Shown: positions 24,271-38,455 of the stretch, piece after piece
How the letters are laid out: each line of letters begins with the position of its first letter
Numbering within the stretch: position 1 is the first letter of the stretch
Source: Lama glama
Lineage: Eukaryota
Reading direction: 5' to 3'
NCBI GenBank assembly: GCA_028534125.1
Contig: CM052816.1
Coordinates: forward strand, 99,078,001-99,142,000
DNA length: 64,000 nt
Program-made: the position numbers and the translations under genes
Notes under the pieces: generated by a model
What the model was told of the DNA's origin: nothing
Seen by the model: the letters and a program-made list of their open reading frames with translations, nothing else
Databases searched by the model: none

Positions 24271-27200
24271 GCTCTGTGCTCAGGAGAATGAGTCAACGGG
24301 AATGATCAGTATTTTTAAGAGACTGAAGGTTAAGAGAGGAAAACATCTCCACGGTCTGTCCAAAGGCTGCACTTTTCTCAAATCTCACTTAATTTAACAG
24401 AAGAATCAGATGGCATCATTATACTCGTGGATTTCTGTTTTGGCTTAAGAGGGTTAAGTGCACATGAGTGTCTGGATTGAGTGCATCTAAACAGCTCCAA
24501 TCTGGAAAGTGGCTGAAAGGCTGCGAGGTTGACTGTGCATTCCAGGTGGGTGAGAATTATGTTTTGCAACCTAAAAGGTTAAGTTTTAAATAAGATATAC
24601 AATCCATAAGAACCTAGATACACAGCAAAAACATACCAGGTACAATTTTAATTGAAATTTGTATGAAATACCAGAATTGCATCAGTGATCAGTAGAGAAA
24701 AAAACTGAGCTCCTCCATATTTAAGCTTGAGTGATTATTCAGGCAAATATTCTCAGCCTGCATTTGAAAGCCATTCTGAATAAATTGTATCCTGATAAGT
24801 ATTTGCCTTGAATACCAAGTTTCCTCCCTTAAATCAACACAAAGTGAGGACTGCAAACTCAACAAGAGGAGAAAACTGATTAACATGGACCTCCATCCCT
24901 AAGCTGTCTTGTTATTTATATTTTTTTTCTACCTCCATGTCAGCGTAGTGTGAAAAGGAAAAGTCTGCCTAACTGAGCGGTGAATATGTAAAAAAAAAGT
25001 CAAATGCAGCTTATAAAACACTCATGGATTGCACAGTCTAATATAGCCAAAGGGGCAGAATTTAATCTGAGGAAATTTAAAACAGACTTCAGAGTTAGTT
25101 TTGCAGTCTCCAAAAAGTTGCAAGAGTTTTACTTGCCAATGTAAAACATATTTCAGAATATGTGGTAAGACAAAGAAATGCATGGTCATGATTTTATGCT
25201 TCATGTGCTCATTAGTGGACCGTCCTTCCGTCAGGGTCAATAGAAGAAGGCAGGGTTATCCAGCAGAAGGCCCATGGTGCCTTGAGTTAAGTGGATTTGC
25301 ACATGCAGAGAGGTTACTTTGTGTAAGACACTGAATTTCTTAATCATAAGCTGGTGCCATTTTGGGGACACCAGAGACAAAAGGAAACCAATGTGAGACC
25401 ATTAGGTTAGGTTCTAAAATGATTCGTGATCATGGACTGGTTCCTTAATTTCCTTCTTCCCATTGGAATGCCAGACCATCTTTCAAAACAGGTGAGCATT
25501 GACAGCAATGTTTCACATTTACTATGGATTTTCGAATCAGAAGTGATATTTGGTTCTCTCAATCAAATAAGAAAGAGGAGACTCTCCCAGTGCTGATTTG
25601 TTTAATCGAAGAGAGAATCATAACATAAATAAACACAACACTGATTAACTATGATTGTGGTAATTTGATTCAACCTTGGAAAGTCTGCAGTACATCCTTG
25701 GTTCCATGGGCCCCGTCATCTGTGTCATAGATGGCCAAGTGCGAAGTTGAATCAAAAGTTTCAATTATTAAGCTTAAGGAGGTGCTTGTGCAAAACTCTC
25801 GCCAATCAATTGTAATTCACTTTTACTTACTCACTGACTGCAGTCTAATACTCTAATCTAAAGCTCTCTAGTTTTGAGCATCGGTTACTCTAATGGTCTC
25901 ACCCATATGCTAGGAGCTGTGTTGACCCAAAGGCATGTTATACGTTAGGCAGCTGACATGCCAAGCCTCTTCCCACAGAGAACAATGAAGTGGAAAAATA
26001 TGTAATGATAAAGTCACCGCAAAGAGAGATGTGTTGTTTTCCTAGTGAGGAAACAGCTGGAAAGAGCCATTGAAGTAAATTCTTAAAACTCCAAAGCTAT
26101 TTTTAAAATGTGCTATTTTTAAATGATGTTACCTCCAAAGTGCCCCTGGGGATGCTCTTGGACCACCTGTTGAAGGTTCCCATGGGTGAGGCAGCAGAAG
26201 CCGCCATATGCATTGTCAGTATCACGTGCCCTTTAATACACAGCTCTGTGTTCTTGTTGACTTTGCTCTTTACCATCGTGGCTTGTGTTCAGTTCTGAAA
26301 TGTCACTGTTTTCCACTTTGTTGGCCCATGTGGCAGACCCTAGCTGGATGTTCACTAACCTCCTGGATCCGCAGGGATGCTTTCTTTCCCAGATACCCTT
26401 TCAGTCAGTTTGGGGCCATGGGTGGTTTGTGCCACTTTGGGAGCCTCAGCTCACTCTCTGTCCTCTGCTCACAGATTAGAAGAGCCACAGTCTGAGAAGA
26501 CAGAGCCCCACAATGAGAGGAATCATGAATGTGGGCCATTACTTGGAAGAGATTACCCAGGGAATCCACTCGTTCTACCCAGATTCTGAATGAGAAGCAA
26601 GCTTTTGTTTCATTAAGCTTATTCATTACGTTTTTGCTTTCATCGGGCTCACACAGAAGTCGGCATGTCTTACAACAGGGCACTAAACCATGTGGCTACT
26701 GGGTTGTGGGGGGTGAGGCAGCGCCTGGAGGCTGAGACTGGGCAATTCCAAGGGTGACGTGATACTTGGAGTGCTGTTAGGTATGTGCTGGGCTGCCTGT
26801 GTTTGCTGGCTTGTTTGCTCACAGTTCAGGATGTGTAATCCCTCTATTACTAACCCAGAACTCCGAAGAATGGCTTTGCCCACATTTCACTCACTTGGTT
26901 AGAAAATCTACATTAGAGATGATTAAAAAACAGCAATGGGAACATGATTTCTCTTCCAGCTTCAGCTCCTTGGCTGACCTGTTACAGGCGGTGAGCACCA
27001 AGTAAAGGCGTCCCCTGCCCTCTTGCATCATGTGGTTCATACTGGACGATACAATACAAATATAGCCTGAGGGTTTAAAATTTGTCCAAGTTAGAGAAGG
27101 AGATTGATTTACGGGAAAATAATCTATGGGCCCTCTGATACGTAGACCATCTTCCATCAGAGTTCGGGGGTAAAGGCTACTGATGGTATAATGACATTGA

Positions 27201-28690
27201 AATAGATGGAAATGTTGGCTTTTTTGTGCAACATTTAAGTTAATTATTTGGCGTGACTCACTTGTTTTAGATCTCCTCGCCCTACGTTACATTAGGTCCT
27301 ATTCCCACATGCTTTTCAAATCGTGTTGATAAGTCTCCATGGGTAGATGCAGAGACACTTTGCTCTGATTAAATAATTTCTGCTAGAGAATACTTAGCTA
27401 ATGATGCTGGCTGCATTTTCATTCTTAGGTTAACTGGCATTGCAAAATCTCTTTTTACAAAAACAGTGATTTGAATACTTTTGGTGCTGATGATATTTTT
27501 AGTGTAAAGTCTATATTCAAATAAATTGTTGTGTGGAAGTCTGAAAAATAAACCAGATAGAAACCAAGCTGCCTGATGAAGCTGTGTGGTGGGCCTGGGG
27601 AGACGGCAGTGTGGATACTCCTGACCAAGGGTCACCCGCCACCTAGTAAACAGCTCAAGAGGTCCTGGGTGCAGGGCTCCAGCACAGGGCTGGCAGGTGT
27701 GGCCCTTCAATCAGAACTTCATTTGGACGCTCCTTGATTTCAAATTAATGCGGCTGTTTCCATCTAGTGCTAGACCTCCACACAGAAGGTGTCACTTCCA
27801 GTTTCACACCGATCATTGTAATCACCAGCGATGTTCTGACCTGTTGGGATCCCATCGTCACGCCAAACAAGGTTCCACCTGCAGAAATGCACTGGCCATT
27901 GCTATAGTGTCAGAATCTCTCTCTTAAACTCATGTATAATTCTCCAAATGCGTCTTGCTACCAAAAGTTAAAGGTGTCATTCAATCAGTCTACGTGATAA
28001 AACTGAGCCAAAAGCACACACCTGTATCCGTCACAGGGGGATACCTGGCCTCCACACGTTTCTTCACCAAACAGTGCAGGCCGCACAAGCTAGATGGTGC
28101 TGTGCGTGGTCCACACTTGCACACACACAGGGCCCAGTGACACTCATAATCGTATCAGCAAAGCCACGCAGCGTCCTTCTGCCGTCCGGACTTCAGAGCA
28201 TCGGCATTCACACAGCGGCTCCCGTCAGTCTCTCGGTCCGCTTTCCCTCAATGCCGTGTATCTGTATTCCATATGCAAATTCTCCAGTGAGTGATTTTCC
28301 TGTTTTGTAAGCTAGACTGCACCTGTAACATGTGGGATTGAGTTAAAAATGACAAGCAGACAAGCACAGGCACATTATCTTGACAAACTCAGCCTCCGAA
28401 AATTACCCTGGGCCTGAATTATTAAAATAACAAGGAATATTTCACTCAGCTATGCAGAAATGATCCTAATTGTCCACTTTAGCTAAATCCTTTCAGTCTC
28501 TGAGATCGGTCAATTTACATTGGTGGCTTGCAAATTCCTCAACTCCCATTAGAGAAAAGCAGAGCAGCTTCCCAAAGCACCCTCATTTATTTTAATAACC
28601 TGCCAAGCAGACATGAAAATGTTAAAGTTGGAAGGCTATAACATGACAGGATCCCAACTTGTCAGAGCCACATTGTAATCTAGTTAAAAT

Positions 28691-28726
28691 ACTTTCTTTC
28701 TCCCTTTCATGTCTTCTCAGGTAAGT
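28691..28726 (+). other. Candidate recursive splice site (3' splice site immediately followed by 5' splice site)
   Basis: actttctttctccctttcatgtcttctCAG|GTAAGT. Confidence 0.45.
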
Positions 28727-30204
28727 GGGGAACTAATTGTCAAATTACTAATTTTGTTGGCATTAATATCAATACTAAGACAAGAGGAGCATGAACTGTT
28801 GAGTGAGAGGTTTTTCTTCTACACCCTCTGCTGCTGATGGGGAAATTACCCTGGAATCAAGGAAAGAATTAAATTTGAATGATCCACTTGCTATTTGCTA
28901 CTAACCCATTCCTGCAAGCCATGTTTGCTGATACCTTCAGCTGAACAGGATGCTTCCACAGCATCTGGTATGTCTGTGGGTCCTCGTGTGCAGGGCACTG
29001 CACTCATGACGCAGTGGCACGCGTTCACTCTGTGCTGCACCGCGCGCAAGTACACAAGGCAGGGTGAGCATGCCGAAGCTCAAGGACTTGCTGTTTAAAG
29101 TCCTTAAATGTAAAGGACTTTAGTCTGGTCATAGACTTCCTTATCAAAATTCAGACTGTGCATGTTGTCGGGAAAAAATTTTAACGTCAGCACCACTCAC
29201 TCTCAAAACTGTCCTGTACTGATGATAAATTATACGATTATCCCTATAAATAACACACTTTAAGATGTGGGTCAGTCATATGGCATCGCCTGAAACGGGC
29301 TTTTGAAGTACTTGGTGAAGAGTGTTCACATATGGGAAGACGGTGCGGGGGGCGGGGGTCTGTGCTGAAAGCAAGGCTGTGTGGCAGGAAGGTGAAATGG
29401 AACCAGAAGGAGGGAGGGACTAGAAGGTCAGGCTACACCAACATTGCTTTTCAAGCAAAGTAAAGGAAGATGCTTTCCAAAGCTTGGGGTTCTGGGTGCT
29501 GGCCACACCTCGGGTTTTTCTCTTGGAAAATGTTGGGTCTTCAGCTGTAGAAGCCCACTGTATTTCGTACTCAGGTTTTACGATGCTCAGAAAAAGGAAA
29601 GAGAAGAAACAACAATATAAATAAAATGAGTTTTTGTTTTAAGAAGGACAAAACTCACAGAACATTGCTCTGTTTGAATTTTCTGGTGAAAGCAAATTGT
29701 GAACTTTCATTGTTTTGTGACCATTGATGTTCCAATATAGTAATTTCTTCAGTTAATAAAGCAAAGCCTTTGTTTTCCACTGTTGGCATCAACTTTTGGA
29801 AGTCAAGGTGTGGGATGCCACAGAGTCTGGATATGGATAAGGTAAAGAAATGAATTTGCTAATTCATCATATTTGCGTATTTTCCCTATAGTATATTTTT
29901 CTATTTTTTCCTCAGCAATTTTAAGCTAAAATCCACTCAGAACCATTATAGTTCACAATGTCTTTCCTACTTTTCCCTGGGAAGGATCTGATTTATTTGT
30001 TATGGTGCTTTAATTTAAAGACTCAAATAAAATTAATTTTTCCCTTATCAAGTATGAGTTTTTTCTACACACATTTTTTAAAATTGAACTTTTTCTTGGG
30101 AGTTCAGAAAATTTTGAGTTTGTGTTTAGCCTTAATTTGCACATTCACTGGTGCAATTAGCAGCTCAGGTAATTCCAGGTAAGCCTAGACACCTAGGTCA
30201 GATA

Positions 30205-30505
30205 TAAAACAATTTTGACACAAGTGAACTTATTTACAAAATGGAAACAAACTTACAGACATAGGAGAAAAGCTTATGGTCACCAGAGGGAAAGGGAAGG
30301 GCGGGATAAAACTGGAGTTTGGAATTAGCAGATATACACTACTGTATATAAAATAGATAAACAACAAGGTCCTACGGTATAGCACAGGGAATTATATTCA
30401 GTAGCCTGTGATATCCTATAATGAAAACAATATAAAAATTATATATATATATGTATAAATGAATCACTATACTGTACAACAGAAACTAAAACAAAATTGT
30501 AAGTG
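30205..30505 (+). mobile_element. Artiodactyl-type L1 3'UTR
   Basis: gaacttatttacaaa...tatataaaatagataaacaacaaggtcctac...tatagcacaggga. Confidence 0.85.
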
Positions 30506-31987
30506 GAATAATTATTTTGATTTCTTAAATATGTGTAAGCACATCTGACTGTCCTTTATGATTGGATTACTGCATTCTGTTGATTCTTATTTTGTAGCTG
30601 GCTTTATTCTTTTGATAACTATGTATGTTTAAAAAGCTAAAGATCTAATCTGTTCTTAGAAACAATAATTAGTACATATATGTAAACTAAAAAAATGTGC
30701 AGTATGCTGTATATATGTATTTACGTGCAATATACTGTGGATGTGCAGTTGAACTGCAATAATATAAAAACTGAAGAAGAAAAAAAACAACTATTGCTTC
30801 TTTGCTCCACTGTGAAAATGTCCAGTAGTCCCACTGCAGACAACAAAACTGTGATTTCTTTTCCTGAAATGGAAACATCATTAGGCACAGAATTTTGCTT
30901 AATAAAGAGCTTTATCTGTCAATGTGCCCAGCGGAAACCCGTGACACTGGGACTCTGTGCGTCATGAATGCCAGGGGACGGAGATCCAGAAGGACAGCTG
31001 TACCTCCAGGCAGGTGGTGTAAAGCGATGAGGTTCTGGTGATGAAATCAAAGAAAATCAGTGCTTTGGTTCTGAAAGCGTAGCACAAACACTGCTTTCTA
31101 TAGCACCTAAAATTCAAACCCCAAGGAGGGGCAGCCAAGGTGACCACACAGAGCACCTACTGGGTTACAGCAGGTGGGGCTGTGGCACCCTGCCTTCTCG
31201 TTAGGGTCAGCGAAGTTCAATATTTCCTATCTTGGTGTGTTTCTCAAGCCCATCTGTGTGGTTTGAGACAATGTGTTGATCATGGACTTTAAACTAGCTC
31301 AAGTATGTTGTCCACCTCCCATGATTAGCACCATTTTGTGGAGGAGGCATACCATTCAGTGCTCCATTCACTGGCTGAAGGAGTTTTCTTCCTGGCTTTC
31401 TAGGAAATTGTATAATTGTTGAGGTCCCAACTTCAGACCTCATCCTTATCCTCTTCTTGCTTTTTTCGTGGGTACCACTTGGATCCACAGCCTGAGCTTC
31501 CCCCACCAGCCCCTCCTCCTTTGACTGGTGTTCAGAGCTCTGTTTCCCACTGGGCATCCCTGCCTTGGTCGTCCATCAGCATGTCCCACCTTTCTAAACC
31601 CAACCTGCTTCTCTACATGAGTCCTTATTAATTAATGGCATTTCCACCCCGAGCTAAACCTGAAGGCTTTAAATATTTGAGTCAGTGTGGTCTTGGAACA
31701 ATCTCACAACCCCTCTCCTTTCTTTTCCCACTATTACTTATGAGTCTCACTTGAATTCTCATTTTTTAACCTGGAAAACATTATAATCTTGTCAATACCT
31801 TATTTAAATTCCTCTGTTAGCTGCAGCAGTAACCTTTCAAAGAGGGTCTGAAAGTTGGATCCTTTCATTCACTGCCTTGGGCCTTTCTGTGGGAGAGGAG
31901 ACTCCAGCTCTTCCACAGCCACACGGAAAGTATCTGAATCAAATCTGCTACGTGGTTTCAAGCAGAGTCTTGCATAGTTTACTTAAA

Positions 31988-33450
31988 CAAAGGCTCAATT
32001 GATGGAGCAAAGAATAGCCTTTTCAACAAGTGATTCTGGAAAACCTGTACATCCACCTGCAAAAACATGAATCTAGACAGACTCTACACGCTTCACAAAA
32101 ATTAGCTCAAAATTGGTCACAGATTGACATATAAAGTATAAAATTATAACACTCCTAGAAGATAACATAGATCATGTTGGATATGGTGATGGCTTTCTAG
32201 ATACAACTCAGTCAAGATTCACAAAGGAAATAATTGATAAGCTGGACTTTCTTAAAATTAATTAACATCATAAACTTTTGCTTTGTGAAAGACGATGTCA
32301 AGAGACTGAAAAGACAAGCCACAGAGTAGGGGGAAATACTTACAAGGACACATCTGATAAAGGACTAGTACATAAAACGCACAAAGAAATCTGAAAACAT
32401 GACAGCAAGAATACAAACAATGTGAATAGAAAAATGGGTCAAAGACCTTAACAGATACCTCATCAAAGAAGATACACAGGTAGAAATAAGCATACAGAAC
32501 TATTCTCCATATTGTATGTCATCACTGAAATGCAAATGTTAAAAATTAAACAGCAAGATACTACTATATACCATTAGAATGGCCAAAATCTAGAACACTG
32601 ACAACACCGAATGCTGGCAGGGATGTGGAGCAATAGGAACTTTCATTCATGGCTGGAGAGAATGCAAAATGTACACACACTTTGGAAGACAGTCTAGCAG
32701 TTTCTTATAAAACTAAACCTATCCTTACCATGCAGCCCAGAAGTCATACTCTTTGGTATACACTCAAAGGAGTTGAAGACTTATGCCCACACAAAAACCG
32801 TCACATGGATATTAATGGTAGCTTTATCAATAATTTTCAAAACTTAGAAGCAACCATGATGTCTTCAGTAGACGAATGAGTAAATAAACTATGGTACATT
32901 CAAACAATGGAGTATTATTCAGTGCTAAAGAAGAAATGAGTTATCAAGTCATGAAAAGTCATGGAGGAAACTTACATGCATGTTACTAAGTGAAAGAAGC
33001 CAATCTGTAAAGGATACACTCTCTATAGTTCCGACTATATGACATTCTTTTAAAAAGCAAAATTATGGAGGTAGTAAAAAGATCAGTGATTTCCAGGGCT
33101 AGGGTGTTGTGGGGGACGTATGTGGGCAAAGCCAAGGATTTTTAGGCAGAGAAAATACCCACTATGATGCTACAGTGATAGATACATCTCATTATACATT
33201 TGTCCAAACTCAAGTAAAGTGCAGCACCAAGAATGAACAGTAACGTAAACTAAGGACTTTGGGTGACAGTCGTGTGTCCATGTAGGCTCTTCAGCTGTAA
33301 CAACTGTACCACCTGGTGGAGGATGCTGACAAGGCGGGAGGCCGTGCCTGTACTGGGGGAGGGAGAAACGTGGGAAATAGATGTAACTTCCTCTGAACTT
33401 TGCTGCACACCTAAAACTGCTCTTAAATGTAAAAATCTAGTCTTAAAAAA
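31988..33450 (+). mobile_element. L1MC1-like ORF2 end and 3'UTR
   Basis: ccttttcaacaagtg, aaaagacaagccacaga, terminal tgctgcacacctaaaactgctcttaaa. Confidence 0.85.
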
Positions 33451-35114
33451 GGCCCTATTGCTTGATAAAAAATAAGATTGTTTGCAAACTCAAGATACCA
33501 GTAAATAAAATCCAATCTGACTGTCATTGAATCCTCGAGCTCCCCAGACTCATATTTCTTCGGGGCTCCAAACAGAATCTAGGGCGTGATGACATGACTT
33601 TCAGGGAGTCATCTTTCAGAGCCTGTGGTCCTGCACCTGCTGCTCCCTCTTCAGGGAAGACCCTCACTTTCTTCTCCATACAGAGTATCTTTTGAGACCC
33701 TGACCAGATCTCTTCTTTGTGAAAGTTTTTCTGACCCTGCCCTCCTCTCTACTGCATGGCAATTAGACTAACCGATTATATCTCCAGTACAGTATGATTT
33801 GTGTCCACCTGTCTATGTACACACATGAAATTAATGTCATCCAGGCAGGAAGCGTGTTCCCAGCATGCCTGCATCTCAGCAGGAGTAAAATGGGAGCATC
33901 ATCATATTGTTAAAAAATTACAAGGAAAATAGTGATATGAACAGAAACACAAATTCAAAAAGGGTAGTTCCTCTTCCCTCAGGTTTATCAAACCACTTCC
34001 AAGGCTGCATTATCACCAGAGGTCCTAAACCTCCCTTAGTGGAATTATTTATTTAGGTATCAGAGTGCACTTTGTTTGCAGTGGAATTTCCCTAAGAACG
34101 GCTCCTCCCTCCTCATAACCCAGACACACGGGGACTGCACTGCCCTGGCCCTCTCTTTCCACTTACACCATCCAAAGGGGGACCACGCCTCGTGCCCCCA
34201 ACCAGAAGCCAATCTCAGGCTGGGGAGGGACACTGCTTACTCCGGCATTGTCCTCCCTCAGAAGCTGAGATGTTTACTTGTTAATTTGTTTGCTTATTAA
34301 CATTAGATTTTGTAGGGAAAAAAAATTCTCTTCAAAGTTAATGTGTGAGCAGGGAAGTTAGTTCTCAGTCAAGAAAATGAATCAATATTTAATGGCATTT
34401 ATAGAAGGAGTATTTGTGTATGATAATGTTGGAGAGTCTGTAACTTGGACATTTAAACACCACAGCTGTGAGTTTTTGAATAGCATTTAATCTTCAAAGC
34501 TGAGATGGAAGGTGGAGATGGAATGTGAAGCTGAGAAAACTGCAGAGAATTTTTACTAAAGAGAGAGGGGCCAGCAGGAAAAGAAGAGCTGTTTATATCA
34601 GGACTTGTTGAAGGCAAGCCCATGCTCCAGGTGTGGGAGGTGGAGCAGGAAGGCATGGTAGGATAGTAATGATTTGGTGGCTTCAGGGCCGCAGTGCCCA
34701 CAGCGACAGGGTTCACTACAGAACAAGGCATTGGGTGTTCCTGTCCATGCCATCACAATTCATGCTTTGAAATCATTCATTCTATTGGAGATGGGATTGA
34801 AAAGTACCTACTCCATGCAGCTTGTCACCCTCCATGTCCTAAGTCTACACAGTGAACGGTGCCAAAAAACATCCTGTTGGAGACAAGTCTAAAGAGAGTG
34901 CCTCCCTTTGCACCAACATTTCCTGCTGAAACTCACAGCCAAGAAAACACTGCACAGGATCATTCCCAGGGATGAGCAAATTCACTGTTTCTGGTGCTTC
35001 TCTCATTAACTTGGCAGAGGACTGCATCTTCTAACAGAATGCAAATTATTTGAGACTTTTCTCTTTTAAATAGTGGACACACAATGTACACGGGTTGTCA
35101 AAAAAAGAGGAAGA

Positions 35115-35293
35115 GTCGGCTTGAGCTGCCACAGCTGAATGTCATACACTGGGCAGCCTACAGGACAGAAACACATTTCTTCTGGTTCTGGAAGCTTGAA
35201 GTTCAAGATCAGGGTGCCATCATGGTCAGAGTCTGGTGTGAGCTTTCTTTCTGGCTTGTAGACGGCCACCTTCTCACTGTGTCCTCACATGGC
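35115..35293 (-). mobile_element. MLT1A-like LTR fragment
   Basis: gttctggaagcttgaagttcaagatcagggtgcc...ccttctcactgtgtcctcacatggc. Confidence 0.8.
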
Positions 35294-35630
35294 CTAAAGA
35301 CATGATAAATCTCCTCGAAGAAAACATAGGCAAAACATTCTCTGACATAGATCTTAGCAATATCATAATGTTTTAATTGAGTATAGTTCCCTGTGCCATA
35401 CAGTAGGTCCTTGTTGTGTATCTATTTTATATATAGTGGTATGTATCTGCTATTCCCAAACTCCCAATTTATCCCTCCCCTCCTTTCCCCTTTGGTAACC
35501 AGAGTTTGTTTTCTATGTCTGCGAGTCTATTTCTGGTTTGTAAGTAAGTTCATTCATATCATTCTTTTTAGATTCCACAAATAAGTGATATCATTATGGT
35601 ATTTGTCCTTATCTGACTTAACTTCACTAA
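35294..35630 (-). mobile_element. Artiodactyl L1 pieces: short plus-strand ORF2 fragment joined to a reversed 3'UTR
   Basis: ctcctcgaagaaaacataggcaaaacattctctgacata then tatagttccctgtgccatacagtaggtccttgttg. Confidence 0.8.
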
Positions 35631-35772
35631 CTTTAATAACATTGTAATTAAGGTTGAAAAATAAGATGCTTATATTTCAGATGGAGAACAAGGCAAGAAT
35701 GCTCTTTCTCATCACTTCTACTCAAAAGTTTTCTGGACGTCCTAATTACTATAGTAATATAGAAAAAGAAGT

Positions 35773-35853
35773 ATGTATATATATATGTGTGTGTGTGTGT
35801 GTATATATATGCATGTATGTGTATACACACACACACACACACACACACACAGA
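35773..35853. repeat. Compound (TA)/(TG)/(CA) microsatellite
   Basis: Seen directly. Confidence 0.95.
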
Positions 35854-38284
35854 GAAATAAATCTCTGTTTACAGATGGCATGGTCATCTATGCAGGGAAC
35901 CCAAACAACCACCACCACCACCAACACAACAACAGCCTCCTGATACCAATAATAAAGCAGAACAAGGTCACGGGCTATGACGTAACTGTTTAAAATGTGA
36001 CTGCTTTTCTATATGCCAGATACTAACAATCTGAATTTGAACATTGAAAAGAAACATCACTTACAGTGTCAATAAAAATAAGCACAAATCCAACAAAATA
36101 GGTACAGGGCCCATGTATGGAAAACTACAAAATACTCATGTAAAATTCAAAGGAAATCTAAATAAATTGAGAGGAGTCCACATTCATGGATTTCAAAACT
36201 CGTTAGGATGGCAATTCTTCTCAAACTGATTTACAGATTGAATGTGATCAGAATCAAAATTCTAGCTAGGTATTTCATAGATATTGACAAACTGATTCTA
36301 AAATTCATAGTGAAAGTTAAAATATCTTGAAGAGCTGACATAACACTGAAGGAGACTGTATTTGGAAAATTTATAATATCCAATTTCAAGACAAAATGAA
36401 AGCTACAGTAAGAAGACAACGATGTATTGGTGAAAGAATAAGCTTAGATCAATAAAACAGAATAGAGAGCCCCGAAATAGACTCAAACCCAGGCAATGGA
36501 TCTTAGAAAGGAGCAAAGGCAATGTGATAGGGGAAGGAAATCTGCTCCACAAATGTTCTGGAACAGTTAGATGTCTGATTGCAAAAATTTAAAAAAATGC
36601 ACAGACAAAGACATTATATTTTAAAAATTAACCTGTAATGGATCATAGACCTACATGTAAAACGCAAAACTATAAAATTTTAGAACAAAAAAAGTCTTTG
36701 GAGAAAAATCTGTGTGATTTTGATGTGGTAATGAGATTTTAGATACAGCACAAAAGACATGATCCATGAAATAAAATGTTAATAAATTGTAATTCATTAA
36801 AATTATAACTCCTTTTTGCAAAATATACTGATAAATAATTAAATAAGCCACAGATGAATAAAATGTTTATAAACACATTTCTGATAAATAATTTGTATCC
36901 AAAATATTCAAAGAACTCTAGAAAGTGAAAAAAAAACAAAAAATGGGGAAAATAAATGAACAGATTGTCACCAAAGAAGTCATAGAAGTGGAAAATACAC
37001 ATATAAAAAGATGCTCAGCATCATTTGTTATAAAAAATCAGCAAATCAAAAGAGCAGAGGCATCACCAAATACCTATTAAAATGGCTAAAAAATAGCAAA
37101 GATCAAACCACACCAAAATAAAAGCCCCACAGAAACCTGACTATGTCAATTGTTGGCAAAAATGCAGAACAATAAGCACTCACATTCATGCTGGTGCGAG
37201 TGCAAATGGCCCAGACACTTTGGAAGATGCTTTGTCAGTTTCTTACAAAGCCAGACATAGTCTTCCCACATGATTCAAGAATTACACTCCTAGGTATTTA
37301 TTCAACTGATTTGGAATCTACGTTAACACAGTAACTTCCATGTAAATATTTATAGCATCTTTATTCATAATCACAAAAACTAGGAGCAACCAAGATGGCT
37401 TTCCATATGTGCATGGATAAACAAACTTGGTGCATCCTTATAATGAAATATTATTCAGCAATAAAAATAAATGAGTTATCAAGCCATGATAATACCTGGA
37501 GGCCTATGTGAGCTAAGTGAAAGAAACCAGTCTGGATGCTATACTGTGATTCCAATTATATGATGTTCTGGGAAAGAGGGACATTTAGGGAGAGCAAAAA
37601 GATCTATTGTCCTGGGGAGAAGGATGGAGAGAAGGTCAAACAGATAAATTATAGGGTGCATTACAGGGCATTGATGTTGTAATAGCCCATACATGATAAC
37701 ATGCATTTGTTAAAACTCACAGATCTTTATAGCACAAAGAATGAGCCCTTATGTATGCACATTTGTGAAAAATCATTTAGGAGGTTGGGGGATCCCAGAA
37801 TAGGATACAAAATGTGACAAAACAATCTGTCTATATGACAAATGTATGAAAAAACTTTGCTGATTGACATCGGGGAAAAAGGTGCTGACCCAGGTAACTG
37901 GGAAGTGAGTGGGGTCTGGAAGACTAAAGACAAAATAAACTGTACATAAGCACTGAAGTCTAGCTGATAAAATTGTTTTCCACGGTTGAGAGTTAACAAT
38001 GTGTGGGTGTGTGCTTGTGTATAACTGAAGATGCATGGTGAGTGAATGCCTGAATTTTCACTGTTGGAGTGGAGGTTTACTCATGAGCAAGGGAGAGAAC
38101 TAGAATAGATTAGCGATGCAAACATCAGTATAAACTCATATGTAGCTTAAGAATATACAGCCGGTCATATACACACATGTTGTAGACATTTGTGAACACA
38201 CAAGTTACTATATACACATGCATCTTCTTGCTCCATTGGCTGAAAGAGTGTAGAAACAGTGCCTCCTCTTGTAAGCACACTACT

Positions 38285-38455
38285 GACTATGTTTAGGACC
38301 CTTCCAGGTAACAGAGAAAACCTCCCCATCACATGATTCTTCACTTAGTCACATCTACACACTTCCTTTTGTTGTAAAAGAATGTGTAACTTTTATAAGT
38401 TCTAGGGATTAGGCTGTGGATATCTTTGAAGGGATGTTAATTAATTCTCCCACAA
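38285..38455 (-). mobile_element. MLT1 LTR fragment nested in L1M
   Basis: ttagtcacatctacac...gttctagggattaggctgtggatatctttg. Confidence 0.6.
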
